A stretch of DNA of 64,000 nt from Candidatus Latescibacterota bacterium (GTDB taxonomy: Bacteria; Latescibacterota; UBA2968; UBA8231): assembly GCA_965261395.1 (NCBI GenBank), contig OZ253462.1, positions 5,824,001-5,888,000 on the forward strand, read 5' to 3'. A program made the translations under genes and the position numbers. The notes beneath the pieces are model-generated. The model searched no databases. It was not told the origin of the DNA and worked only from the letters and a program-made list of their open reading frames with translations. This document shows, one piece after another, positions 37,050 through 48,900 of the stretch; positions within the stretch are counted from its first letter, which is position 1; every line of letters starts with the position of its first letter.

Positions 37050-38660
37050 CTAAAGTTTGGACGCCACAAGCACCAAATCGCCCAGCGCGACTTTGGCCCC
37101 ATAATCCAAGCGCGCCGGCTTAAAGGGCGACAGACGCTGCTCGTTGAGAAACGTCCCATTGCTGGAGTTCAAGTCTTCAACATAAAATTGATCGCCCTCG
37201 GCTGCAATGCGCAGATGCCGTCGGGATACGTTTTCATCCGCGACGACTTCATCCACCAAATCGGGATGCCTGCCGAGCGATATCCCCAAGCGTTGACTGG
37301 CAAATAGGGCTGGTGACAACTCGATGCGGACGCGGTCGCCGCGACTGTCAAAACCGGCTAGCACGAGGCCGTGTTTTGGGCCTTGTGCAATGGCCTTTAC
37401 CGCTTCCTTTTTGGTTACGCGCCGACTCATCTGTTGGACTAGCTGGCGCGGGTTCTTTAAGGCCGCTATCAATTTTCGCCGCGAGGAAAGCAACCAACCG
37501 AGCAGGGCAAGCAGCACCAGTCCCGCTCCCGCAACAATGCCCCACTGCAACCGCTGCGCAGCTTTCTCTTTGGCCGCTTTGAGGCTGTCGGCTTTGGCTT
37601 GGGCCTGCACTTCCGCTGCTCTGAGGCTGTCGGCTTTGGCTTGGGCGGCTTCGAGACTATCGGCTTTGGCTTGGGCGGTCTTGAGGCTGTCGGCCACTGC
37701 TTTCTTTGCGGCATCGGCCCGTGCTTTTTCCGTCTCCAGACGATTGGCTTTGGCTTGGGCGGCCCTGAGGCTATCGGCGACTGCCTTACTCGCGGCATCG
37801 GCCTGCGCTTTCACCCGTTCTGCCGCCTGCCGAGCGGCCTCTTCTTTGGCTTGGGCCTTTTTTGCGACTGCGCTTGCCGAGTCGGCCTGCGCCTTGGCCA
37901 CTTGGAGGCTATCGGCGGCCGCTTTTCTAGCGCGTTCAGCGCGCTCAACAGCACTCAGGCATTTTGATTTAACCACGGTATGGGCGATTTCTCGGCCTTG
38001 GAGTGCAGCTATTATGTCGCCGCTGCGCAAGGCAAAAATAGCTCCTCTTGGTTGCGCTTTCCGAAACGGCCACGAGCTGTTGCCCGGACCGGGCAGGTTG
38101 ATGGCGACGACATCTCCGCATTCATTGAACAAGGGCATGCCGAAGGATTGGGCCGTTATCAAGGCATTGTGTTGTAGCAGGTGTGCGACAGGACGGCTTG
38201 ATTTCTTGCCGAAGATGTCCTGGTACGCGCCGATCGTCCCGTGAGCAAGCTGAACATCCCCTGTCGCGCCGAACCGCAGCGTCTGCACGGCGCGGCCTAC
38301 ATCGGCCCCTTGCTCGGACAAGTGGAGGGGCGGCAAGTTCAAGCCCTGGACGTGCAGTAGGGCCAAGTTCATGTCGCGGTTGGCAAACACCCGTTGCAAC
38401 ACGACCTCGGCCCCAGTCTTCAGGGACAATGCGGTCAATTCCTCTGCCTTCTCTATAAGATGGGCATTGGTCAGCACGTATCCCTTTTCGTTGACGACAA
38501 ACCCGCTCCCTTCAGCCACGATTTTGTTATTGTCATAAGCGCGAACACGCACGATGCTTGCAGAAACAACATCGACATCTATTTGCGCCGAGACGGGGCT
38601 TGCACAAAGGAACCAAGCTACTGCGAAATGCACGATGAAAGATGGGAATTTTTTGTTCAT
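37050..38660 (-). CDS. Trypsin-like (probably inactive) domain - Ala-rich coiled coil - TM - FHA
   Basis: Signal peptide; GSGFVV...LTNAH; AKADSL repeats; TM; LGRH...VSRRH...EDLNSSNGTFLN. Confidence 0.85.
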   Translation of the reverse strand: MNKKFPSFIVHFAVAWFLCASPVSAQIDVDVVSASIVRVRAYDNNKIVAEGSGFVVNEKGYVLTNAHLIEKAEELTALSLKTGAEVVLQRVFANRDMNLALLHVQGLNLPPLHLSEQGADVGRAVQTLRFGATGDVQLAHGTIGAYQDIFGKKSSRPVAHLLQHNALITAQSFGMPLFNECGDVVAINLPGPGNSSWPFRKAQPRGAIFALRSGDIIAALQGREIAHTVVKSKCLSAVERAERARKAAADSLQVAKAQADSASAVAKKAQAKEEAARQAAERVKAQADAASKAVADSLRAAQAKANRLETEKARADAAKKAVADSLKTAQAKADSLEAAQAKADSLRAAEVQAQAKADSLKAAKEKAAQRLQWGIVAGAGLVLLALLGWLLSSRRKLIAALKNPRQLVQQMSRRVTKKEAVKAIAQGPKHGLVLAGFDSRGDRVRIELSPALFASQRLGISLGRHPDLVDEVVADENVSRRHLRIAAEGDQFYVEDLNSSNGTFLNEQRLSPFKPARLDYGAKVALGDLVLVASKL

Positions 38661-38681
38661 AACCTCTCCGGCACCTTGGCG

Positions 38682-38725
38682 GGCGCGGTTCGTCGTCTGC
38701 ACGCGCAGAGACGACGAACCGCGCC
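38682..38725. repeat. 17-bp-stem hairpin downstream of a collagen-lipoprotein gene (related copy at about 26346-26393)
   Basis: GGCGCGGTTCGTCGTCT-N10-AGACGACGAACCGCGCC. Confidence 0.7.
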
Positions 38726-38752
38726 TAATGAATACGCGCTTATTATTAGGTT

Positions 38753-39784
38753 TTAGGGACTCAAGGCGATATCACTTGGACTATCCAATCCGGCGACGAT
38801 GGTTTCGAGTTCGGAGCCGTCGAGGTTGGCTCGCTGAATCTTACCCCAAATCCATTCTGTCCAGTATATCTTGCCCCCGCCCACGTCGAGGGCAACGCCC
38901 TTACTACTTTCGGTGAAGAGGGTTTGGGCTTGGGAGCCGTCGAGGTTGGCCTGCAGAACCCCATCCCACCCCGCCCAGTATAGCTTACCCCCCTCCTCGT
39001 CGACGGCGAGGTCGTATACGCGATCCAATCCGGCGACGATGGTTTCGACTTGGGATCCATCGAGGTTGGCTCGTTTAATCACATCCCCCCTCCAGCCTGC
39101 CCAGTACATCTTGTCCCCGCTCAAGTCTAAGGCGATGACCTCTGACGCCCCCGCATTGGAGACGAGGGTTTCGACGGGGGAACCGCCGAGGCCCGTACGG
39201 TAGATTATACCACGCCAGTTCGCTAAGTACATCTTGCCTTGGCCTACATCTAAGGCAAGGTCACTTCCCGTTTCGGTGCCGAGGGTTTGGACTTGGGACC
39301 CGTCGAGGTTGGCCCGTCCAACCTTCTCCGATTCTGTCCAGTATATCTTGCCCCCGTCCACGTCGAGGGCAATGCCCTCTGGAGAATCTAGGCCGGTGCC
39401 GAGGGTTTGGACTTGGGAGCCGTCGAGGTTGGCCCGCTGAATCGTACCCGCTTCGGAATCCGTCCAATACAGCATCGCGTCCGTCGACCCTTGATTGACC
39501 GTAATTGGTTCGTCTTGTTCGCCTCCTTGGGGTCCTTCAGATCCTGGAGGTCCTTCAGATCCTGGAGGTCCTGGAGGTCCTTGGGGTCCTTCAGGCCCTT
39601 GTTCGCCTTCACCTGGAGGTCCTTGGGGTCCTTCAGGCCCTTGTTCGCCTTCACCTGGAGGTCCTTGGGGCCCTTCAGACCCTTGTTCGCCTTGGGGTCC
39701 TGGAGGCCCCGCCGGGCCCGGAGGCCCTATGCATGATGCGGCGAGGCCGATAGCTAATAACGATAAAAATGCAAAGTACTTCAT
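38753..39784 (-). CDS. Collagen-stalk lipoprotein with YWTD (LDL-receptor class B) beta-propeller head
   Basis: [18 protein letters not shown], Gly-X-Y, and repeats [11 protein letters not shown]...I.RANLDGS. Confidence 0.9.
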   Translation of the reverse strand: MKYFAFLSLLAIGLAASCIGPPGPAGPPGPQGEQGSEGPQGPPGEGEQGPEGPQGPPGEGEQGPEGPQGPPGPPGSEGPPGSEGPQGGEQDEPITVNQGSTDAMLYWTDSEAGTIQRANLDGSQVQTLGTGLDSPEGIALDVDGGKIYWTESEKVGRANLDGSQVQTLGTETGSDLALDVGQGKMYLANWRGIIYRTGLGGSPVETLVSNAGASEVIALDLSGDKMYWAGWRGDVIKRANLDGSQVETIVAGLDRVYDLAVDEEGGKLYWAGWDGVLQANLDGSQAQTLFTESSKGVALDVGGGKIYWTEWIWGKIQRANLDGSELETIVAGLDSPSDIALSP

Positions 39785-39969
39785 TGCCTGCCTCCTTCTA
39801 TGTGTAAGAAGTAGATCTTCCGCACGGTTGGTTCCGGCTCTTATTCAATTGTTGGCCTAGCTCCACTACCAGTTCCATCTCGGTTCCCTTGTCGCCGTCT
39901 CCACCAACAGTCCAGCCCAACATCAGCCCAAGCAGGGTGATTCGCCTCCATCCGAGCAGGGGGTTCCAT
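39785..39969. repeat. Intergenic segment duplicated at 41155-41339
   Basis: Apparently identical 185-bp leader; homology extends into the signal-peptide codons. Confidence 0.9.
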
Positions 39970-41154
39970 TTACTGCGCCAATCTAGCTGGGTTCTCGGTG
40001 TCGATGGGCGAGCACCCATCGCTGGTACAGGCAGTAATCCAGTAGTAGTTTGAGGACAAGGAACCGGAAGAAGGGTTGGTGTGGACGTAGGTCGTCTCGG
40101 AGACCCTCGTAGCCAGTTCCTCACACCAACTCGGCGTGCCACTTTGCTCTAAATGGCAGCTACTACCGAAGAAACTATCCCAGTAAATATTGTAGTGGGT
40201 AGCCCGTTCCACAGGATCCCAACTGACGATTACCTCGTCCCCATCCCAGGCAAATCGTTGGTTACTTGGGCTTGTGCAGTACGGCACCGACGACCCCTCG
40301 GGTAGGCATCCATTCAGTTGGGAGTTTCCGCTGAGTTTCAGCGTTTCCAGGTTGTCGAGGTTGCCCAGTTCGGGTGGAATCTCTCCCTGTAATTTGTTAT
40401 TTATCAGGTCCATCACTTCTAGGTTGTCGAGGTTGCCCAGTTCGGATGGAATCTCTCCCCGCAACTCGTTTCCACCGAGGACCAGAAATTCTAGGTTGTC
40501 GAGGTTGCCCAGTTCGGATGGGATCTCCCCCCGCAACTCGTTTCCACCGAGGTTCAGAAATTCTAGGTTGTCGAGGTTGCCCAGTTCGGGTGGAATCTCC
40601 TCCCGCAAATTGTTCACCGGCAGGTTCAGCACTTCTAGGAAGGCGAGGTTGCCCAGTTCGGGTGGAATCGTCCCCCATAGCCCATTATCCGAGAGGTCCA
40701 GCCGAGTGACGTAGCGGCCGCTGGGGTTGGTGGTGACGCCGTACCATTCGCTGATGGGAGCCGCGCTCAACCAGTTGGTGTTGTTCTTCCAGTCCTCTCC
40801 GCCCGTGGCATAGTAGAGCAAGACCAGAACGGTACTATCTGATGTGGCAGAGGAGATGGTAGGTTCTCGAGGTTCCTGGGGACCTTGTTCGCCCTGTCCG
40901 CTACCTGACGGTCCTGGAGGCCCTTGAGGCCCTTGTTCGCCTTGAGGTCCTTGAGGTCCTGGCGATCCTGGTTCGCCTTCACCTGGAGGTCCTTGGGGTC
41001 CTTCAGGCCCTTGTTCGCCTTCACCTGGAGGTCCTTGGGGTCCTTGAGGCCCTTGTTCGCCTTGGGGTCCTTCAGGCCCCGTCGGGCCCGGAGGCCCTAT
41101 GCATGATGTGGCGAGGCCGATAGCTAATAACGATAAAAATGCAAAGTACTTCAT
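39970..41154 (-). CDS. Collagen-stalk lipoprotein with plant-type LRRs and FN3-like head
   Basis: Lipobox ATSC; Gly-X-Y; LYYATGG..W....NW...EWYGVT cap; L.GEIP.ELGNL repeats; [14 protein letters not shown]. Confidence 0.9.
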   Translation of the reverse strand: MKYFAFLSLLAIGLATSCIGPPGPTGPEGPQGEQGPQGPQGPPGEGEQGPEGPQGPPGEGEPGSPGPQGPQGEQGPQGPPGPSGSGQGEQGPQEPREPTISSATSDSTVLVLLYYATGGEDWKNNTNWLSAAPISEWYGVTTNPSGRYVTRLDLSDNGLWGTIPPELGNLAFLEVLNLPVNNLREEIPPELGNLDNLEFLNLGGNELRGEIPSELGNLDNLEFLVLGGNELRGEIPSELGNLDNLEVMDLINNKLQGEIPPELGNLDNLETLKLSGNSQLNGCLPEGSSVPYCTSPSNQRFAWDGDEVIVSWDPVERATHYNIYWDSFFGSSCHLEQSGTPSWCEELATRVSETTYVHTNPSSGSLSSNYYWITACTSDGCSPIDTENPARLAQ

Positions 41155-41444
41155 TGCCTGCCTCCTTCTATGTGTAAGAAGTAGATCTTCCGCACGGTTG
41201 GTTCCGGCTCTTATTCAATTGTTGGCCTAGCTCCACTACCAGTTCCATCTCGGTTCCCTTGTCGCCGTCTCCACCAACAGTCCAGCCCAACATCAGCCCA
41301 AGCAGGGTGATTCGCCTCCATCCGAGCAGGGGGTTCCATCTCCCTATGAAGGGGCGGTCATGGCGCGTTGATCCAAGCGGTCGGGTAGGGAGGAATAGAG
41401 CCTATCCATCCGCGCCCGATGAATAGGCCTCTTCCAAGTCTTTT

Positions 41445-42827
41445 CTACTCCGGCGCAATTCCGTCCTCTCTTATGATGGCTGAGCACCCATCGCTGTTAC
41501 AGGCAGTGACGTAGTAGAAGTAGGGGGTTAGGCCACCAGTTTCGACAGGGCCATAGATTGTCTCGAAGACCTGCCAAGCCAGCAAATCACAAAAGATGCC
41601 GCCGGGGCAACCGGGTCCTGCCCAACTTTCGTAGATTTGGTAGTGGGTAGCCCCCTCCACAGGGTCCCAAGCGAGGGCGGTCCGCTCATTCTCCTCATCC
41701 CAAACAAACCGTACGTTCTTTGGGGAGGCGCAAAACGGCACCGGCGACCCCTCGGGTAGGCATCCCTCCAGTTGTCTGTTTCGTTCGAGTTTCAGCGTTT
41801 TTAGGATTTTGAGGTTGCTCAGTTCCACTGGAACCCTCCCCCGTAGCTTGTTATCTATCAGGTCCAGCACTTCTAGGCTGGCGAGGTTGCCCAGTTCGGA
41901 TGGGATTTCCCCCTCCAACTCGTTTCCACCGAGGATCAGATATTCCAAGTAGGCGAGATTTCCCAGTTCGGATGGGATTTCCCCCCGTAGATCGTTTCCA
42001 CCGAGGTTCAGAAATTCCAGGTTGTCGAGGTTGCCCAGTTCGGGTGGGATTTCCCCCCGTAGCTCGTTAACCGGCAGGTTCAGCACTTCTAGGAAGGTGA
42101 GGTTGCCCAGTTCGGGTGGGATTTCCCCCCACAGCCCATTATCCGAGAGGTCCAGCCGAGTGACGTAGCGGCCGCTGGGGTTGGTGGTGACGCCGTACCA
42201 TTCGCTGATGGGAGCCGCGCTCAACCAGTTGGTGTTGTTCTTCCAGTCCTCTCCGCCCGTGGCATAGTAGAATGCGACCAGCACGGTACTATCTGACGTG
42301 GCAGAGGAGATGGTAGGTTCTTGAGGTTCCTGGGGACCTTGTTCGCCTTCGCCTGGAGGTCCTTGGGGTCCTGGAGGTCCTTGGGGTCCTGGAGGCCCTT
42401 GTTCGCCTTGAGGTCCTTGGGGTCCTGGAGGTCCTTGGGGTCCTGGAGACCCTTGTCCCCCGCCTTCCCCGTCTTGTCCCCCGCCTTGGGGTCCTGGAGG
42501 TCCTTGTTCACCTTGGGGACCTTCAGGTCCTTGTTCTCCTTCACCTTGGGGCCCTTGCGGTCCCATCGGCCCTTGTGGTCCTTGTTGGCCTTGTTGGCCT
42601 TGTTCACCTTGGGGACCTTCAGGCCCTCGGGGTCCTTGTTCTCCTTCACCTTGTTCACCTTGTTGGCCTTGTTCACCTTGCGGTCCTTGGGGTCCTTGTT
42701 CGCCCTGTTCGCCCTGGGGTCCTTGTTCTCCTTCGCCTTGCGGTCCCATCGGCCCTGGCGGCCCCTGAGGACCTGAGCAGGTGGCGAGGCCGAAAGCTAA
42801 TAACGATAAAAATGCAAAGTACTTCAT
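41445..42827 (-). CDS. Collagen-stalk lipoprotein with plant-type LRRs and FN3-like head
   Basis: Same architecture as 39970-41154, with a longer stalk and a divergent head. Confidence 0.9.
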   Translation of the reverse strand: MKYFAFLSLLAFGLATCSGPQGPPGPMGPQGEGEQGPQGEQGEQGPQGPQGEQGQQGEQGEGEQGPRGPEGPQGEQGQQGQQGPQGPMGPQGPQGEGEQGPEGPQGEQGPPGPQGGGQDGEGGGQGSPGPQGPPGPQGPQGEQGPPGPQGPPGPQGPPGEGEQGPQEPQEPTISSATSDSTVLVAFYYATGGEDWKNNTNWLSAAPISEWYGVTTNPSGRYVTRLDLSDNGLWGEIPPELGNLTFLEVLNLPVNELRGEIPPELGNLDNLEFLNLGGNDLRGEIPSELGNLAYLEYLILGGNELEGEIPSELGNLASLEVLDLIDNKLRGRVPVELSNLKILKTLKLERNRQLEGCLPEGSPVPFCASPKNVRFVWDEENERTALAWDPVEGATHYQIYESWAGPGCPGGIFCDLLAWQVFETIYGPVETGGLTPYFYYVTACNSDGCSAIIREDGIAPE

Positions 42828-42977
42828 CGCTTGTCTCCTTCTAAGTGACTGAAAATAATGGATCTTGAAGAGATTGTTAGTCCTTGTTCGGTTGCCTCCT
42901 GACGCTCGTTTGCCCAAGCGAAGGGCCATTGCCAAGATAGAAAGGGTTTGCCGTCCCTAGGCACCGTAGGGAACTAC

Positions 42978-45900
42978 CTATTTCAGCAGCAACAGCCGAC
43001 GGACCTGTACTCCTTGAGTGCTAACGAGCCGGGACAGATACACCCCGCTGGCCAGCGATGAACCGCTGTCGCTGCGACCGTCCCAGGCGATCTGGTAGCG
43101 ACCCGCCGCCTGCATGCCTTGGACTAGGGTGCGAACCCGCTGCCCCATGACATTGTAGATAGCCAACTCTACTGGGCTGGCTACCGGCAGCGTATAGACA
43201 AGCTGCGTCTGGGCATTAAACGGGTTGGGATAGTTGGCGTCCAAACCAAAGGTCCGGGGTGCGACTACCGGCTTGGCCGCCGGGCCGGGCACAATCGCCG
43301 TCAGTTCGTTCGACAGGGGCCGTCCGTCTTCGGTGCATATCGCGCCTGCCGCCTCGCAATCAGTCGGCGGCGGCAGGACGATGAGCACCTCTGCGTTGGA
43401 CTCTGGTTCGATGGTGATTTTCCAGCCTAGGTTACTGCCCGCCTGCAAGCGTTGCGCTTTTTTCGCCACGCCGCCGGTCACGTCGAGTGTGGTATCTCGC
43501 AGGGTCTTGAAGCTGATCTCGATTTTCTCGCTGAAGTGCAACTCGAAGGTGAACTCGCTGCCGTCGTGCGCCGCGGGCATCGCCTCAAAGCGCGCCGTCA
43601 GCAGGCCGGGCACAATTGCCGTCAACTCGTTTGACAGGGGCCGTCCGTCTTCGGTGCATACGGCACCGGCTGCCTCGCAATCGTCCGTCGGCGGCAGGAC
43701 GATGAGCACCTCCGCGTCGGAGTCTGGTTCGATGGTGATATTCCAGCCTAGGTTGCTGCCCGCCTGTAAGCGTCGCGCCCCTTTCACCACGCCGCCGGTC
43801 ACGTCGAGCACATCGTCCCGCATGTTCACGAAGCTGATCTCGATTTCTTCACTGAAGTGGATCTCGAAGGTGAACTCGCTGCCGTCGTGCGCCGCGGGTA
43901 GCGCCGCAAAACGCGCCGTCAGCAGGCCGGACCCGGGCACACTCGCCGTGAGCTCGTTCGCCAAGGGCCGTCCGTCTTCGGTGCATACTGCGCCTACTGC
44001 GTCGCAATCGGTTGTCGGCGGCAGGACGATGGATACCGCTGCGTTGGTGGTGTCTGGTTCGATGGTGATCCTCCAGCCTAGGTTGCTGGGCGGCTGCAAA
44101 CGGCGTGCCCTTGTCGCCGTGCCACCGGTCACCTCGAGTACGGTATCGCTCACCGCTAGGGCTCTGCTGATCTTGATTTCCTCGCTGAAGTGCAGCTCGA
44201 AGGTGAACTCGCTGCCGTCGTGCACCGCTGGCATGTCCTCGAAGCGCGCCGTCAAGGATTGTTCGGATGAGTCAGGCTGCTGATCACCGTCGTCTTCAGT
44301 CGCCTCGGATTCTGTACTAGCGGCGACAGCTATTTGTGCCGTGAGTGGGGAGCCGTCGTATTCTGCGATGGCATCTGCGCCGATGATGAAGGTGAGGGTG
44401 GCATCGGTGTCGAAGTTGGTGCCGTCGAATGTAAGTTCGACGGTCACCACCGTATCGCTTACACGATCCACATCAAGACGTCGAACCGTGACCCCGGCGA
44501 TACCCGCTACGGTCACCGCCCCTCTGATTGTGGAACGGGATGACTCGTAAGCCCCGCTGCTGAGCGTCAGGGTGACAACGCTCTCGTGCAGTGTCGCCTC
44601 GGTTAACGGGGAGGCCGTGGAGGCGGTTATAGTTGGGCCCTCACTAGGTTCGTCCGATTGTTCAGCGCCGGGCACAATCGCCACCAGACTGTTCGACAGG
44701 GGTTGTCCGTCTTCGGTGCATACTGCGCCGTCTGCCTCGCAATCGTCCGTCGGCGACAGGATGATGAGCACCTCTGCGTTGGTGGAGTCTGGCTCGATGG
44801 TGATTTTCCAGCCTAGGTTACTGCCCGCCTGCAAGCGCCGTGCACCTGTCACCGTGCCGCCGGTCACGTCGAATACGTCATTCCGCACGGTCGCGAAGCT
44901 GATGTTGATTTCCTCGCTGAAGTGCAGCTCGAACTGGAACTCGCTGCCGTCATGCGACGCCGGCATGCCCTCGAAGCGCGCTGTCAAGCCAAGCGCTTCG
45001 GATTGTTCCGGCTCTTCGGGTTGTTCGGGCTGCTGCACAATGCTCTCTCCAGGGATTTCTATTTGTCCCGTAGCCGCATTGTAAACAGCCTCCTTGATAT
45101 TGGGGGTGCTACTCTCGTCAAAAAAGCGCAGATGGGTTATCCGAGACCCAGCCCAAGAAGAGGAGTAGCTGGAGGTCGTTGTCCCGCACATGGTCTCTGA
45201 GACATAGTTGCTTTGACTCCCCAAGTCCTGTGTCTTGATATACACTTTGCTTGGTCGGGCTGCCTCTGCATTGGCGAAGCTACATCCCTTCAGCGTGCCC
45301 AACACCATAAAGGCCAACGTGCCAACTGCCGAATCATCGGTGAACTGGGTTGGAACGCCCCAAACCGTACCGGTCTTACTCAGCGTCACTTGGGTGTAGC
45401 CCGCTGGGGTAGAGGATTCAAACGCCATCCGGTCAGTTGCCGCGTCCGGCTGCTCCGGCGGTTGGCCGCCGTCCGGCTGCTCTGATTCGATAGTGGCGGT
45501 GACGACTATTTGTGCCGTGAACGGAGATCCGTCGTAGTCTTCTATGGCCCCTGCGCCGACGATGACAGTGAGGGTAGCATCGGTGTCAAAGTCAGTGCCA
45601 TCAAATGTAAGTTCAACAGTCACTACTGTGTCGCTCACACGATCCACATCAATCCTTCTAACCGTGACGCCGTCAATACCCGATACCGTCACCGCATCTC
45701 TGATTCTGGAACGGGATGACTCGTAAGCTCCGCCGCTGAGGGTGAGGGTAACGACGCTCTCGTCCAGCGTCTCCTCAGTCAACGGAGAGGCCGTGGAAAT
45801 ACTGAGCGTCACGTTGACAGGCTCTTCGGATTGTTCGGGCTGCTGCACAATGCTCTCTCCAGGAATTTCTATTTGCCCCGTAGCCGCATTGTACACAGCC

Positions 45901-48900
45901 TCTTTGACATTGGAGGTACTGCTCTCGTCAAAAAAGCGCAGATGGGTTATTCGAGCCCCATCAAAAGAAGAGGAAGCGTTGGAGGTCGTTGTTCCGCACG
46001 CCGTTGCCGAGCCAAAGCTGTTTAGCTGTCCCAAGTCCTGGGTCTTGATATACACTTTGCTTGGTCGATCGGCCTCGGCATTGGCGAAGCTACATCCCTT
46101 CAGTGTTCCCAACACTATGAATGCCAGCGTGCCAACGTCAGAACCACTGGCGTACTGGGTTGGAACGCCCCAAACCGTACCGGTCTTACTCAGCGTCACT
46201 TGGGTGTAGCCTGCTGGGGTAGAGGATTCAAATGCCGTCCGGTCAACCGCCGCGGGTTGTTCTGCTATGTCGGTGACGTTGATGGTGACGTTGATGGTGT
46301 CCGTGAGGTTACCATCGGAGACAGTGATGGCCACCGAATAGGAAGACTTCGTCTCGTAGTCGAGGGCCGCACTGGTTTTCAACTGCCCGGTCGCGCGCTC
46401 AATGTCAAACGAAACCGCATCGGTACCACCGAGAGTGTAGGTGAGCACGTCGTTGTCAGCGTCTGTGGCGGCTATGGCCGTGCCGATGAGTACGCCGTTT
46501 GCGGTATTCTCCGCCACCGTGCGGGTGGTGCTCGTGCCGTCGGTGAACGCGGGTGCCGTATTCGCGGGAGAGCTGATGACTTCCAGCGGCAGGTCGGCGG
46601 ACTTGACGAGAGCATAGCCGAGATGGTTTGCAGGTAGCCCCGGCAATATGCCAATATTCACGGTGACAATAGAGGTCGTGCCGGGCGTGCGGGTTACGGT
46701 GACAACATCGCTTTCCACGCGACCGGCGCGAATCGTGACACTGTTTGCCCCACCGGTGATGGTCCCGTCCGCAACGGTGAGCGGCAAGACGATGTCAAAG
46801 GGTGCACCTGCAGGCACGGTAGCTTTGAACTGTCCCTCTCCAACCTTCTCTAAGGACACGGTAAGAGGCAGGGGGTTAACCGAGTTAATACCTAAGTCGA
46901 GCCCTGTCAGCGTGTTGAGTTTGTCAAAGATCCCGGCTGGCAGCGAACTCAACTGGTTGGCGGCTAGGTAGAGCCTTGTAAGTGCGTTGAGATTATCAAA
47001 GATCCCGGCTGGCAACGAACTCAACTGGTTGGCGCTCAAGTTGAGCGTCGTCAGGGCGTTGAGTTTGTCAAAGATCCCGGCTGGCAGCGAACTCAACTGG
47101 TTGCGGCCTAGGTGGAGTTCTTTCAGGGCGTTGAGTTTGTCAAAGATCCCGGCTGGCAATGAACTCAACTGGTTGCGGGTCAAGTTGAGTGTCGTCAGCG
47201 CCGACAAGCCGTCAAAATCGCCGACTTTGAGCGAGCTGATTGATTTATCAGTGACATTGAGAGATGTAATCACCGCGAGCTGAGCTTGGGTCACCTCGTC
47301 GCAAGTGCTTACGCTCGGCACCGCGGCCACGATCGCGGTTTGCACTTGCGCGGTGCGGTCGCAAATCCCTCCCGTCAAAAGACTGAACATTTCCAGCGGC
47401 AGATCGGCGGATTTGCCAAGGGCATAGCCGCTGTGGTTTGCGGGCAGCCCCGGCAAGGTGCCCATGTCCACGGTGACGGCAGCCGCCGTGCCGGGGGTGC
47501 GGGTCACGGTGAGCGGCTGGCTTTCGAAGCTGCCGGCGGGAATGGTGATCGTGGTTGCGCCGCCGCTGATGCTGCCGTTGGCAACGCTGAGCGGCAGCAC
47601 CATCTCAAACGGCGCACCGGACGGGGCCACCGCCTTGACCTGATCCGCGCCAACTTTCTCTAACGATACGGTAAGCGGCAGAGGATCCACTGAGTTGCCA
47701 TACAAGTAGAGGGTTGTCAGCGCCGACAGCCCGTTAAATAGGCCGTCCGGTAGCGCCGATAACTGGTTGCCGTTCAAGTAGAGCGTGGTCAGCGCCGACA
47801 ACCCGTCAAACAGGCCATCTGGTAGCGTCGATAACTGGTTGCCATACAGGCGGAGTTCCGTCAGGCTAGTCAGGCCCGCGAAATCACCGGCTTGCAGGGC
47901 AGTAATGCCTTGGTCGTTCAGGAACAGACTCGTGACCCCGGAGGACACCTGCGCCTCGGTCACCTCGCCGCAGGTGCTGGGACTCGGGGTCTGTAGCTGT
48001 AATATACCCACGATAGCGTCGCGCACCTGCGGGGTGCGATCGCAGACCGTAGTCTCTGCAGAGACTACGGTGTCGTTGTCGGTGATGGTGACGGTCAGCG
48101 ACGATGGCGAGAGCGTGAGGCCCGACGTCGTCGTGGCCGTGAAGATGACCGTCTCGTCGTCCTCATCCACCGAGTCGTCCACTAGGCTCAGCGTCAACGT
48201 GGCCGTGCCCGACACCGAGCCGGCTGGAATCGTCAACGGAAGCACTGTTACCGAGTAGTCTGCATCGCGCGTGGCCGTGCCCGAGATCGTCAGCCTCACG
48301 TCCGTCGCCGTCGTCAGCGCCGCGCCGTTGAGCGTCCCGGTCACCGTTATCGTCGTCGCGCCCGCGTCTTCTGCCACCTCGGTCGGCGACAACTCAAGCG
48401 TGACCGCCGTACTTTCGTCAACAGCGGTGTTGGTCGTTGTTGCCTCGGCAGTAAAGGTCTCCGACTGGGCAATACCTTGGACACTTACTTGAACCGTGTT
48501 GGTGCCGGCGCTGTTGCCAAGCGTCAGCGTACTCGCCGCTTGGCCGTTGGCATCGGTCGCGGTACTCGTGGCACTCAGCGTGCCGCCGCCTGCGGTGATA
48601 GCAAACGTCACTGGCACCCCCGCAAACGCAGCACTTTCCCCATCCTGCACTTCAACCACAAACGGCTGCGCCAGGGCGGTACTGGGCGTGCCCTGCTGGC
48701 TATCACCCGATATTTTCACCAGCGTCGTCGGTGTGCGGTTGTCAAAGTCTATGTAAACACTTCGCGCTTGTAGAGCTGGAATGTGGGTGTAGATAGACGG
48801 GTAGTCCAACGGATTGCCCTGCACATCAATCTCGGTGTCCGCTCCCAACCCCGTATTAGCAACCAACGGCGAGAGGTCGGATACGGCGTTTTCAGCAAGA

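Noticed and set aside
39798-39969. Small ORF in the duplicated leader (LLGLMLGWTVGG...)
   Set aside because: It has no consistent start in both copies; at most a gene remnant.
39970-41730. Diversity-generating retroelement acting on the FN3 heads
   Set aside because: No reverse transcriptase is in the window, and the differences include indels and are not adenine-specific.
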